This document shows positions 43,756 through 53,976 of a DNA stretch of 64,000 nt, one piece after another; the first letter of the stretch is position 1; each line of letters starts with the position of its first letter. The stretch spans positions 348 to 64,347 of the forward strand of contig JALGZP010000002.1 in assembly GCA_025774845.1 (NCBI GenBank), in the 5' to 3' direction. The notes under the pieces are model-generated. The model made no database searches. It worked only from the letters and a program-made list of their open reading frames with translations, and was not told the DNA's origin. Made by a program: the position numbers and the translations under genes. The stretch comes from a bacterium. Lineage in GTDB: Bacteria > Arandabacterota > Arandabacteria > Arandabacterales > Arandabacteraceae.

Positions 43756-46700
43756 TTGGGACGCCGGGAGTGTGCCGACTCACCGGTGTTTTTATATGTA
43801 TGCTTACATGAGAGGAACATATTGAAACTAAACAGGTTATTGCCATTGCTGGCGGTACTCGTGCTCCTTTTCATTCCTTCCTCGTGCTACCCGATATGGC
43901 ACTGCGGAGACATCGAGCTGCCTGCCGAGCCCCGTACGACCCTGATCGATCCCGTGACGGGAGATTTCTTTGTCGGTGCCGCCTCGGCGCACCTCATGAG
44001 AATCGACGAGGCCACATATGAAGTGACCCTGTTCGACCTTGTAGATACCCCGGTGGCAATGGGATTGGACCCGGCTGCAAGGTTGCTCTACGCCTGCCAT
44101 GCCGACCCCGGTATGGTGACAATCATGAGCATCGAGACAGGCGACACTACCCTGGTTGCGGTCGGGAAGTCCCCATCGGGTGTGGCTATAGATCCGATCC
44201 GCGGCCTGGCGTACGTGGCGGCCGCGGGTGACAGCACCATTTGGGTCCTGGAAAGCTCGGCCGTATCAGACACAATCGAATGCGTTGGCAGCCCTGCCGC
44301 CGTCTCCGTAGATCCATGGACGGGAAGGGGTTTCGCAGCGCTCACCGACTCCGACCTGCTTTTCGACTTCGATACCTCAACCGGTGATACGGCATACTTC
44401 ACCACCGGGCTCGCACCCGCGGACATAGAGATTGATCCCGAGAAAGGTGAACTCTACATCGCGAACTCCGGGGAGGCCACGATAACGGTCTTCACCATTG
44501 ACTCGGACTCGGTTTACAGTGTCTCAGTCGACGGTCCGGTCACGACCCTCGCACTCAATCCCGAAACCGGGCGCCTTTTTGCCGGTACCACACCGGCCGG
44601 TGTTACCATTGTAGACACGGACACATATACGACGCAGAACGTCGGGCTCCCGGCCGAGCCCGGGTTTATCTCGATAGATGGTCTGGCCGACAGAGCTTTC
44701 GCAGGCCTTCCCGACGCGGACCTTCTCATCGAGATAGACTCAGCCGGTGACACCCTGATGATCCCGGTTCCGGGAAGTCCGGCCATGCTTGCGGTCAACC
44801 CCGTGACCTATAAGTGCTATGTCACCGATACCGAGTCATGGGCATTGAGTGTCTTCGAGGCGATCAACCTTAGCGGCGAGCGCGTCTCAGCCCCGGGCGG
44901 TCCCGGTCAGGTGAAAATCAACTTAGAGGACCACAAAGTCTATTCACCGAAGTGGTGGGTCACGGGGCTCGTGGTCATAGACGGTTACACGAATCAGGTA
45001 TCCTCGCTCCCAACCGCAGACGGCCCGAACGCTGTGCACATAGACCCCGTAAGCGACGATCTCTACGTAGTCTGCGCCTGGGCGAACAGGGTGATGGTGA
45101 AAAGGAGCGATAGCCCGGATACCGTGCTTGTGCCCCTGGGCGACTATGCCCACGGGATGGGCCTCAATCCCAATACCGGAAGAGCATTCGTAAGCAACAG
45201 GTACTCGAGGGATCTGACCGTCATTGACATGGCGACGCTCGATACGACGCTCGTAAGAATGGGTGGCTACCCGTGCCATGTCGATGTTAATCTCGACCAC
45301 AACAGGGTTTACGTTCCCAATCGAACCAGCTGGTCCCTCTCAGTAGTAGATGGGGCCCTGCTGACGACGACTTTTACACCAATCGGCCGCGCGCCCACAA
45401 TCGCCCGTGTCGAACCCGTGACCAACAAGATCCTGACTGCCGATAGCGGCGGAAGGACGATTTCAGTTGTGGACGGGATTACACTCGAGCGTGTCGAGAT
45501 CCCGGTGGGAACGACCCCACGAGGCGTGGGAGTCAACTCGAACACCAACACCATATACGTATCAAGCTCCATGGATGGCGAGGTAACCGTGATCGACGGA
45601 GACACGTACGAAAGGACTCCCGTTCCGTGCGGGGCTCTCGTCTTCGCTGTTAAGGTGGATCCGTGGCTCGACCGGGTTTTCACACCCAGCTGGTCATTTG
45701 ACACGGTGCACATGATTGACGGTAACTTCAAATCGATGCTGACGATCCCGGCAGGTGGTGAGCCGCATGGTACTGCCTACGACCCGGTGCTTGAGAAGTT
45801 CTACATCGCCAACCATGCGGGAAACTCCATCGACATCATACAGTTCAGGGAGAAGATCTCTCCGAGACTGGAAGTAGCCATCGACACTTTGCCCGGTGAC
45901 GTTGCCTACATCCCGACACCGACTATCACGGGGACGGCGACATCGCTCAGGACCCCGCGGAACTATGGCATAATGAAGGTGCTTTACAAGATAGACAATC
46001 TCAGAGGTCCCTGGAGCGAAGCCACCATCATTGGTCAGGGAGCGAGTGTCCCGTGGGAGATCACGACTCCCCCGCAGCTCCTTGGTGCCCATCTGATCTT
46101 CGTTGCTGCCATTGACAGCACGGCCGGCTCGCTTTCGTCGTCTTCCTTATCCTCACTTGTGCGGATGAGTGATATCGCCTGTTATGAGTTCACGTGCCTT
46201 ACCCCACCACCCGGAGCCCCCGAGCTGGTTATCCCGGATGATGAACAGCTCGGCGGCCAGAGCCTGGCATGGACTCCGACGTGTGGAGATGACGGATGGT
46301 ACGATATCGAGTTGTCTCCCGATCCGGATTTCTCAGGCGGGGTGACCACAATCAGTGCGATCGGTTCACCATCATACACGCTGTCTGCAGGTGAGGTGGA
46401 AGGTGGCCTGTCTTACTGGCGGGTTGCGGCTGTTGACTACCCGCACGGCAAACGTAGCGACTTCAGCCCTGTCTACACCATAAGCCTCGCAGACGGTCCG
46501 GGAGGTCCGGCAGGTCCGGCTCTGGCACAATGGGCGCTTACCGTCTATCCGAATCCTGCGTCGGAAAACGTGTCACTGAGACTGGCCGGTGCAAACCCGG
46601 CAAAGAGCCACTGCACGGTCTATGATGTTGCAGGCAGATTCGTTGCCGCCATACCCCTGGTGGCATCTGATAACGGCCTCTCCGGCTCGTGGAGTGCTAC

Positions 46701-46797
46701 TGACGCATGGGGCAACCCGCTACCCCAGGGAGTGTACTATGCGCGGATCAAGGCCGGCGGAGAAACCTTCGAACACAAGATCATCCTGTTACGCTGA
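43756..46797 (+). CDS. Exported YVTN/YncE-type beta-propeller repeat protein with Por/FlgD-Ig C-terminal domain
   Basis: 1013-aa ORF. The true start is probably TTG 43822 after GAGAGGAA, giving (M)KLNRLLPLLAVLVLLFIPSSC. Repeats such as LYIANSGEATITVF, VYVPNRTSWSLSVVD and IYVSSSMDGEVTVID. C-terminus is YPNPASENVSLRL...GVYYARI. Confidence 0.8.
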   Translation: MGRRECADSPVFLYVCLHERNILKLNRLLPLLAVLVLLFIPSSCYPIWHCGDIELPAEPRTTLIDPVTGDFFVGAASAHLMRIDEATYEVTLFDLVDTPVAMGLDPAARLLYACHADPGMVTIMSIETGDTTLVAVGKSPSGVAIDPIRGLAYVAAAGDSTIWVLESSAVSDTIECVGSPAAVSVDPWTGRGFAALTDSDLLFDFDTSTGDTAYFTTGLAPADIEIDPEKGELYIANSGEATITVFTIDSDSVYSVSVDGPVTTLALNPETGRLFAGTTPAGVTIVDTDTYTTQNVGLPAEPGFISIDGLADRAFAGLPDADLLIEIDSAGDTLMIPVPGSPAMLAVNPVTYKCYVTDTESWALSVFEAINLSGERVSAPGGPGQVKINLEDHKVYSPKWWVTGLVVIDGYTNQVSSLPTADGPNAVHIDPVSDDLYVVCAWANRVMVKRSDSPDTVLVPLGDYAHGMGLNPNTGRAFVSNRYSRDLTVIDMATLDTTLVRMGGYPCHVDVNLDHNRVYVPNRTSWSLSVVDGALLTTTFTPIGRAPTIARVEPVTNKILTADSGGRTISVVDGITLERVEIPVGTTPRGVGVNSNTNTIYVSSSMDGEVTVIDGDTYERTPVPCGALVFAVKVDPWLDRVFTPSWSFDTVHMIDGNFKSMLTIPAGGEPHGTAYDPVLEKFYIANHAGNSIDIIQFREKISPRLEVAIDTLPGDVAYIPTPTITGTATSLRTPRNYGIMKVLYKIDNLRGPWSEATIIGQGASVPWEITTPPQLLGAHLIFVAAIDSTAGSLSSSSLSSLVRMSDIACYEFTCLTPPPGAPELVIPDDEQLGGQSLAWTPTCGDDGWYDIELSPDPDFSGGVTTISAIGSPSYTLSAGEVEGGLSYWRVAAVDYPHGKRSDFSPVYTISLADGPGGPAGPALAQWALTVYPNPASENVSLRLAGANPAKSHCTVYDVAGRFVAAIPLVASDNGLSGSWSATDAWGNPLPQGVYYARIKAGGETFEHKIILLR

Positions 46798-46803
46798 CCC
46801 GGG

Positions 46804-48084
46804 CTAGGGTTGGCGGTGTGCCTCGAGCAGAGGCTCAACGATCTCCGGGGGAATGCGTTCCATCCTGTAGACCTGCTCCCGGTGGTTAACTCTCATAGCG
46901 GGGTTGTACCATTCCCAGACAATCTCGCCTTCCCCGGTAATCTCGAAACACCGGCCACGGTCGCCTTCGCATACCAGTGTGTTACCGTTCGGAAACCTCT
47001 GGGATGAGCCCCGTTCAGGCGTGTAGAAGGTCTCCGGAGGGTCGCCGACATACTCCCACTCGATTTCTTCAGTCAATGGATTGAGCTCGATTAGCCGGGT
47101 GTATTTCCTCTTCCTCGCCCCGTTGTCGAATATCAGGATGTTGCCGCTATCGAGCATGGTCGGATGGTGGGGCCAATCCAGATCACCCTCACCCCATACC
47201 CAGAGGATTTCCTTGGTATCCTTCTCAAGCACGGCAATCTGGTTCACATTCCTGAAGCATATCAGGAGGTTTCCCTCACCAAATCTCGGGTCACTCCCGC
47301 CAAGCGGTGTATCGGGGATGATACTTATCGTGTTCATATGAAACTGGTCATATCTGCGCGGCCACGCATCTATCTCGGCCTTGACCGACTCGGCGTGGGC
47401 GGTCAATGGCTCCCAGGTCTTGGGATCCACACCATCGGCTATGAGGCTGTCCAGGATGGTATCGATAAACGAGCGCTGATCGAACTTCCGCTTGATCTCT
47501 GCAAGATTCGCGAAAGTAGACCACCTTTCGATCTCCTCACCACACTCTGAAAGCCGAACGATCGCCGGAAACCTTACACGCAACCTTCTGTGCTCGTGAA
47601 TCTCACGGCCTATCACATAGATGGTACTGTCAGGAAGAAGTGTTATCTCATGGTGTGATCTCAGCTCGATTCTCCAGATGAGCTGCGAATTCCAGTCGAG
47701 TTTGATCACATCATGGAACTTGCGTATTACGATCAGGTCGCCGTTATCAAACATCCGGGCATAGTCCCATACTCTCGGCCGCACGTCCGGGTATGCCCAC
47801 GTGTTGACAACTGTCCCTGTCATATCCATGAGGACAACTTCGGAGGTCAGTGAGCTGCAGTAGAGATTGTAGCCCCTGTACGACTTTGATGGCTTGAATC
47901 TCACGACCCCGGCCTTCGCGGGATCACTCTCATCCTTGGTAACGGTCGTGTAGGGTACCGACCGGAGGGCTTTCAGGTTGTCTTCATTCTTGTCACTGTC
48001 GGCCCGGACGCCGGTTGATATGATTGTCGCTGAGATAAGAACTGCGGCTATAACCAGATAGTGCTTTGCGGCCTGTGTTCTCAA
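46804..48084 (-). CDS. Exported arylsulfotransferase (ASST)-like beta-propeller protein
   Basis: 426 aa with a signal peptide. HHEITLLPD...QFHMNTISI...WPHHPTMLDSGNILIFDNG...GNTLVCEG resembles the ASST family. Confidence 0.65.
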   Translation of the reverse strand: MRTQAAKHYLVIAAVLISATIISTGVRADSDKNEDNLKALRSVPYTTVTKDESDPAKAGVVRFKPSKSYRGYNLYCSSLTSEVVLMDMTGTVVNTWAYPDVRPRVWDYARMFDNGDLIVIRKFHDVIKLDWNSQLIWRIELRSHHEITLLPDSTIYVIGREIHEHRRLRVRFPAIVRLSECGEEIERWSTFANLAEIKRKFDQRSFIDTILDSLIADGVDPKTWEPLTAHAESVKAEIDAWPRRYDQFHMNTISIIPDTPLGGSDPRFGEGNLLICFRNVNQIAVLEKDTKEILWVWGEGDLDWPHHPTMLDSGNILIFDNGARKRKYTRLIELNPLTEEIEWEYVGDPPETFYTPERGSSQRFPNGNTLVCEGDRGRCFEITGEGEIVWEWYNPAMRVNHREQVYRMERIPPEIVEPLLEAHRQP

Positions 48085-48147
48085 TACAACCTCTCATTTC
48101 CGCAGACAATAGAAACATAAGCTATTCCTGAGAGTGAAGACAAGAGG

Positions 48148-50658
48148 TTGCCACGCTCCCTTCGGGAGTTCGCAATGACACCTTTCAGTCGAGAGAGCTT
48201 GTCAGTGCCGGGCCGGTCTGGCATTATTCCATATATGAAGTCAAGTCCTGAAACCGGAAGGGATATGGTCGAGCGGCGTCTGCTCGCCGCTTTGACCTTC
48301 ATCGTGTCACTGATATTCTATATGGCAACGCTTCCCAGAAGCGTGCTTCCCGGTGACAGCGGCGAGCTCATAGCGGCGTCGCGTACGCTGAGCATCGCAC
48401 ATCCCCCGGGTTATCCCCTCTATGTCATGATCGGCAAGTTGTTTTCCACTCTCTTCGCATGGGGTACCGTGGCCTACAGGTACAATCTCCTCTCGGCAGT
48501 CGCGGTGTCTGCCACCCTGGCACTTGTCTATCTTATTCTCACCGAGCTGCGTGTTGGAAGGATCATCGGGATTGCCGTGACGCTCGGTCTGGCAACACTC
48601 CAGTCCTTCTGGCTTCAGGCAACGACCGCGGAGGTCTATGCTTTTAACGCACTCTTCACGGTGATACTCCTCTATTCCGCACTCCTCGGGAGGAGGCGCG
48701 GCGAGGGGAGTTTCCTCCTGATCGCGTTCGTCGCCGGTCTCGCGCTTTCACATCATCTCAGCCTCATCTATCCTGTGATCTCAGCACTCGTGATACTGGT
48801 CTTCGGACTGAGGGTGATACCCAGGGTCAGAACAGGCATGCTCTCCGTGCTTCTCTTTTTGCTTGGCCTGACCGCATGGCTTTATATACCCGTGAGATCG
48901 AGTGCCGGCCCGTTACTAACCTGGGGCAGTACCGATACGCTGTCGGGGTTCATATCACACATAACAGCTCAGGGTTACAGGTGGCGGCTGAGAGAATTCG
49001 CTGTCGCCGCAAGAGCGGTCAATTTCTTCGATTACTTCCGGGTCGCTACGGCGGAATCGGGAGTGCTGTTGATATCCGCCGCGCTTATCGGAGTTGCGGC
49101 CAACATCAGGCGGTTCGCACTGATAGCAGGTTTTATCCTCCTGGTACTCTTCTTTGCGGCCCACTTTGCTATGTACAGCATCCCCGACATTGAGAGTCAT
49201 GTGTTCCCGGCATTGATCGGAATCGGCGTGCTGGCGGGGCTGGGGCTCCAGGGCATCGCGGGTCTCGCGGCGGGGTACAAGAAATCGGCGGGTCTTATCG
49301 TTGCTGTTTGCACGTTTCTGATTCTCATTCCCAACCTGCTTGAGGTTCATCCGCGAAGGGATGAATGGTTCGCTCTTGACTATGCTCATGCGATCGAGCA
49401 GAGCGCGCGTGGTGCCTGCGGTGATGACTGTATTGTGGTGACGAGCGGGGCTCTCTCGACTTTCCCATTGCTCTACACGTCCCTTGCCGAATCTGATGGT
49501 GTGCTGATATACGACCTCGCTGCATCGAATCCATCGATCATCGGCGGAGACCACCGGTCCGAAAGCCTGGAGGAATGCGTCGCCTGGGCTGCAGAGAAAT
49601 TCGGCAGATCGAAGGTCGCCCTGCTTGGACCGGTGCCGAGGTACGTTCTCGGGAGCAGGCCGCGTATCTGTGGAATGGTACACGTTATTGAAGAACCGCC
49701 GGCGGTGTGCCCTTCGCCGCTGGATTACAGCATCCGCGGGGCCGGTGAGGATCTCAGGGAGTACTCCTCGAGACTCCTGACCGGGACGTACTACCTCCAA
49801 CTTGCGCGGTGGCACGCCCAGGAGGGTGATACGACCGCTGTTAAGAGTAAGGTCAAACTGGCCCTTGCCGCGGCGAGTGACGATGTGGGTACGCACATAA
49901 ACGCGGCAACACTCTATCTCGAGACGGGTATGGTGCGACAGGCATTCGGCACAGCCGTCCTGGCGGTCAAGGTCGACCCCGACTTCTTCGAGGCGCATGA
50001 TCTGCTTGCCAACATGCTTACAAGTGCAGGCCGTGTCGATGAGGCCATTGTTGAGTACAGGGAAGCGCTCAAGGGAAATCCAAGGCCCGCGATGGTCTAC
50101 TCCAATCTGGCGAATGCCTATGCCACCAAAGGTGATCACACGAGCGCCCTCGACAATTTCTATAAGGCCATCGAACTTGATTCGACGCTTGCGAACACCT
50201 ATGTCGGCCTCGGACGTACGCTCGAGGCCCTTGGAAGAACAGGCGAGGCCCTGAAATACATGCGGCGCGCCCGTTCAATCGATCCCAATTCAACCCTTGC
50301 CTGTCGTGTCGAGGCGACCCTGCTCCTGAAGTCAGGGAAGGTTGAGGAGGCCGTCGAGGTGCTTAAGACTGCACTCTCTCTGGAGCCCGATAGCCCGGTT
50401 CTCTTCTCAGACATAGGGCTCTGCTACTTAAGGATGGACGATCTCGACAGCGCGATTGTCCATCTTAAAGAGGCTCTTGAGCTCGATCCAACTCTGCTTA
50501 CGGCCCGGGGCAATCTCGCCGTCGCATATGAGCGAAGCGGCCGGCCGCGGGAAGCAATCAGGGAATACAGAGAGTACATAGAGCTGGCTCCCCCTGGGCC
50601 GCTCAGGGAAAGAGCACGGGAAGCCATCGAGCATCTCGAGGCCGGTGGTGCCGGGTAA
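48148..50658 (+). CDS. DUF2723-type membrane glycosyltransferase-like protein with C-terminal TPR repeats
   Basis: 836-aa ORF; the start may be M30 or M40 (48238 or 48265). LPGDSGELIAA...HPPGYPLYVMIGKLF, about 10 TM helices, then about 7 TPR units. Confidence 0.8.
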   Translation: MPRSLREFAMTPFSRESLSVPGRSGIIPYMKSSPETGRDMVERRLLAALTFIVSLIFYMATLPRSVLPGDSGELIAASRTLSIAHPPGYPLYVMIGKLFSTLFAWGTVAYRYNLLSAVAVSATLALVYLILTELRVGRIIGIAVTLGLATLQSFWLQATTAEVYAFNALFTVILLYSALLGRRRGEGSFLLIAFVAGLALSHHLSLIYPVISALVILVFGLRVIPRVRTGMLSVLLFLLGLTAWLYIPVRSSAGPLLTWGSTDTLSGFISHITAQGYRWRLREFAVAARAVNFFDYFRVATAESGVLLISAALIGVAANIRRFALIAGFILLVLFFAAHFAMYSIPDIESHVFPALIGIGVLAGLGLQGIAGLAAGYKKSAGLIVAVCTFLILIPNLLEVHPRRDEWFALDYAHAIEQSARGACGDDCIVVTSGALSTFPLLYTSLAESDGVLIYDLAASNPSIIGGDHRSESLEECVAWAAEKFGRSKVALLGPVPRYVLGSRPRICGMVHVIEEPPAVCPSPLDYSIRGAGEDLREYSSRLLTGTYYLQLARWHAQEGDTTAVKSKVKLALAAASDDVGTHINAATLYLETGMVRQAFGTAVLAVKVDPDFFEAHDLLANMLTSAGRVDEAIVEYREALKGNPRPAMVYSNLANAYATKGDHTSALDNFYKAIELDSTLANTYVGLGRTLEALGRTGEALKYMRRARSIDPNSTLACRVEATLLLKSGKVEEAVEVLKTALSLEPDSPVLFSDIGLCYLRMDDLDSAIVHLKEALELDPTLLTARGNLAVAYERSGRPREAIREYREYIELAPPGPLRERAREAIEHLEAGGAG

Positions 50659-50677
50659 CAACTTCACACACCGCAGG

Positions 50678-52495
50678 TTACTGGATGTACCCTAAGGCCC
50701 TGAGTCGCTGCTTGGTATCCTCACTTAGCTTCACGGGTGTGTCCGGCTGGAGCTCGTTTCCGGAGTGCCATATGAGGAAGTAAGGTGTCTGTGGCCTTGA
50801 CTCGGGGATCCCGCGTGACAGAGCCTTCCGTGTCGACTTCTCAGTGAACGGCATCTTCGAGGCAGGCAAGAGCGTGGGGCCGATAAACGTCTTGCCGGCT
50901 GCAGGCTCACCATCGATTCTGAGATCAAATGTCAGACCGGCCCGCTTGGGATTCGCTTTGAACGCCAGACGTAGAGTACCCTTGAGCTCTAGCCCTTCGA
51001 TCCTGAGGAGTTCCGATGAAATTTCGGTGAATTTCACCCGGTCGCTCTCCACAATGTACCCGTCCGCATCGAGGATCTTCGCCAACTTGATGTTCCCGGC
51101 AAACGGCTTCTGCTGGGCCGTCACGGTGAGATCGAAGGTGTGGCTTTCGCCGCCGCCCGAGATCTCAACAAACCATGATTCCGATATGGTGTAGAGGGTA
51201 CCGAAGAGTATGTTCTCCATCAACCCGCGGGTATCAGTCTCTTCTGCAAGGACGTTATGATGCTCACCGGGATCGACCGCGAGGTTAAGCAGCATCTCCT
51301 CTTCGGTCACTATGTCATAGACCAGTTTCCACGGATGGGCAGTAAGACTCTTCTTCTCCGTGCCGTACAACATCGACTCGGAGAAAGCAAACTTGGCCGG
51401 CAGAAGACTGACTTTGGATGCCTCCACGTCCCCCTGGCCCGTGATAAAAGGTTCGAGGCTCACTCCCTCAAGATGAGTTGCCGCACTTATACCCATGATA
51501 TCGAGGATAGTCGGCATGACGTCAAGAAGTCTCACCTGCTCACCGACCGTTACATTCTCGGGAAGTCTGCCGGGAAGTGAGAGTATGAGCGGCACCTTGA
51601 TGAGCTCGTCAAAAAGCGTATGGCCGTGCTCGAAACCCTTGTGTTCAAAGAACTCCTCACCGTGATCGCTCAAAAAGACTATCAGGGTATTGTCTCTCAA
51701 ACCTCTCTCATCAAGTCCCTTGAGAAGATCTCCAACGGCCGCATCCGTAAAAGCTATCTCACCATCATAAAGCGCCCGGATATGATTCCAGTCCGCGGCC
51801 GCGGCCGGATCGTCCTCTCTTGCGAGCTCACGCTCCAGACGTATGTAGGTTTCACGTTCAAAACCTTTCCCCAGCCGGCCTTCGTATCCCGGATCGAAAA
51901 GGGTGTCATAGGGGGCGGGTGGCGTGTAATCCAGATGCGGATCGAAGTAGTGCACGAATGCGAAGAAGGGCACATCCTTATTGAGGTCAATCCACTTCAG
52001 GGCATCGGCGGTGGTGCCATCGGCGATCCTCCTGTCCCACCGCGGCGTCGTATCATAGAACTCGAAACCCCTGTCGACACCGAACTCGGCCGCGAGAGCA
52101 GGGGCATTTATTATCGCGCCGGTCGTGTAGCCCTGCTTGAGCAGCAACATCGCAAGCGGCGGGAAGACCGTCCGCATCCGCTTTCCATATGCACCGGCCC
52201 CCGGTTCGAGAAACCCGGCCCCGTGCTGAGTCGGATAAAGCGAGGTCAGAATAGTGGCAAAAGACGGAAGCGTCCAGGGTGATTGACTGACTGCATCCTC
52301 GAACAGCACGCCTTCGGCTGCAAGCCCGTCGATGTTCGGACTTGTGTTGCGCTCGTAACCGTAGCAACCCAGGTGGTCGGGCCGCAGCGTATCGATCGCT
52401 ATTATCATGAGATTGAGTTTGCGCTCGCTCGTCTGCCCGCATGAAAGTGCAAGGCAAATGCCTAGAAGCAATGCCAGCCTGCCGGGAGTCCTCAT
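50678..52495 (-). CDS. Sulfatase-fold (AlkP superfamily) lipoprotein, Thr at nucleophile position
   Basis: 605 aa with lipobox LALSCG. MIIAIDTLRPDH...SQSPWTLPSFATILTSLYP...VFLSDHGEEF. Confidence 0.8.
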   Translation of the reverse strand: MRTPGRLALLLGICLALSCGQTSERKLNLMIIAIDTLRPDHLGCYGYERNTSPNIDGLAAEGVLFEDAVSQSPWTLPSFATILTSLYPTQHGAGFLEPGAGAYGKRMRTVFPPLAMLLLKQGYTTGAIINAPALAAEFGVDRGFEFYDTTPRWDRRIADGTTADALKWIDLNKDVPFFAFVHYFDPHLDYTPPAPYDTLFDPGYEGRLGKGFERETYIRLERELAREDDPAAAADWNHIRALYDGEIAFTDAAVGDLLKGLDERGLRDNTLIVFLSDHGEEFFEHKGFEHGHTLFDELIKVPLILSLPGRLPENVTVGEQVRLLDVMPTILDIMGISAATHLEGVSLEPFITGQGDVEASKVSLLPAKFAFSESMLYGTEKKSLTAHPWKLVYDIVTEEEMLLNLAVDPGEHHNVLAEETDTRGLMENILFGTLYTISESWFVEISGGGESHTFDLTVTAQQKPFAGNIKLAKILDADGYIVESDRVKFTEISSELLRIEGLELKGTLRLAFKANPKRAGLTFDLRIDGEPAAGKTFIGPTLLPASKMPFTEKSTRKALSRGIPESRPQTPYFLIWHSGNELQPDTPVKLSEDTKQRLRALGYIQ

Positions 52496-52611
52496 ACCGG
52501 ACTCGATACCTCCTGATGTCGCAGTTCGCCCACCGAACGGCGTCCAACAGATAATATATCGGATTCGTCTCCCATGGCGAAATCTTTTTCACTGGCCCGA
52601 TGTTTAATTTC

Positions 52612-52640
52612 AAAACCTGCCCGGGGGGATGACCCCGGGG
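52612..52640 (-). terminator. Candidate Rho-independent terminator after the ICDH-family gene
   Basis: mRNA folds as CCCGGGG-UCAUCC-CCCCGGG (7 GC pairs), followed 4 nt later by UUUU. Lies about 53 nt past the stop at 52693. Confidence 0.5.
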
Positions 52641-52692
52641 TGGGCATGGCATTGCCGTTGTGGTTGGAATGCTCTTGGAGCCAGTCTACCTG

Positions 52693-53889
52693 TCAGCCCG
52701 TATAAGCCTTCCAGCGCTTCTCGAGTTCCGGGTCTTTCATGGTCGCGAGTATGTAATCGCAGAAGTCATTACCCGTGGCCCCATCGGATCTACCGGTCAT
52801 CACCAGTTTCTTCTCGTACTGACCGCAGATATCAAGCGCCATCTCGAGTTTCTTGCCCTTTTCAGGAAATCCGATGTGGCTGAGAAGCATGGCCCCCGCC
52901 CGGATCATACTGGACGGATCGGCATGCTGGGCCCGTCCTTCCTTGACCATCCGTGGGGCAGACCCGTGTATGGCCTCAAACATGGAATACTTCTTGCCGA
53001 TGTTGGCGCTCCCGGCCGTCCCGACCCCACCCTGGAACTCAGCCGCCTCATCCGTGAGGATGTCCCCGTAAAGGTTGGGAAGAACGAAAACCTTGAAGGC
53101 GGTCCGCCTCTTGGGATCGACCAGCTTCGCCGTCATGATATCGATATACCAGTCATCACACTCGATCCCAGGATACTCTTCAGCTATCTTCTGGCCTATC
53201 TTCAGGAATTTCCCATCGGTCGTCTTCACGACATTCGCCTTGGTGACAATCGTAACCCGGTTGATGCCGTTCTTCTTGGCGTGATCAAATGCCAGCCTGA
53301 TGATACGCTCCGCGCCCTGGCTCGTGATCACTTTGAAATCGAATGCCAGGTCTTCGGTGACATCTATGCCGCAACTGCCGAGGACGTAGGCCCCCTCGGT
53401 GTTCTCCCTGAAAAACACCCAGTCCAGTCCTTCCCTGGGAACCTTGACCGGCCGGACATTTGCGAAGAGATCCAGATATCTGCGCATCGCGACATTCGCA
53501 CTCTCTATGTTGGGCCAGGGATCTCCCTTCCGGGGAGTGGTCGTAGGGCCCTTGAGGGTGACGTGACACTTCTTTATCTCCTCGAGGACATCATCGGGGA
53601 TAGCCTTGTTGACCTTGGCTCTATTCTCAATCGTCAGGCCTTCGATCACTCTGAACTCAACCTTGCCTGACTTGAGCTCATCTGCGAGCATTGTCTCAAG
53701 TACCCGCTGGGCATCTGCGGCGATGTACGGGCCGATCCCATCGCCACCGATTATCCCCACGATGATCGGTTTCAGACCGCCGAAGTCGGTCCACTCCTCA
53801 CCTTTCTTCATCCTCTCGACCCGTGCCAGCTGCTCGGTGACGAGATTCTCGAAATGCGTTTTGGCTTTCTCGACAACCTTCTTGTCCAC
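52693..53889 (-). CDS. Isocitrate/isopropylmalate dehydrogenase family enzyme (probably isocitrate dehydrogenase)
   Basis: 398 aa. IGGDGIGPYI, LKGPTTTP, NLYGDILTDEAA and FEAIHGSAPR. Confidence 0.85.
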   Translation of the reverse strand: MDKKVVEKAKTHFENLVTEQLARVERMKKGEEWTDFGGLKPIIVGIIGGDGIGPYIAADAQRVLETMLADELKSGKVEFRVIEGLTIENRAKVNKAIPDDVLEEIKKCHVTLKGPTTTPRKGDPWPNIESANVAMRRYLDLFANVRPVKVPREGLDWVFFRENTEGAYVLGSCGIDVTEDLAFDFKVITSQGAERIIRLAFDHAKKNGINRVTIVTKANVVKTTDGKFLKIGQKIAEEYPGIECDDWYIDIMTAKLVDPKRRTAFKVFVLPNLYGDILTDEAAEFQGGVGTAGSANIGKKYSMFEAIHGSAPRMVKEGRAQHADPSSMIRAGAMLLSHIGFPEKGKKLEMALDICGQYEKKLVMTGRSDGATGNDFCDYILATMKDPELEKRWKAYTG

Positions 53890-53976
53890 GACTTCCTCCT
53901 ATGGGGGTGTCCGCTCTTTGCTTCTCGAATTCTGGATATTACACCGTCTGAGCGTCTATGTCAACGAATGCCTGCG

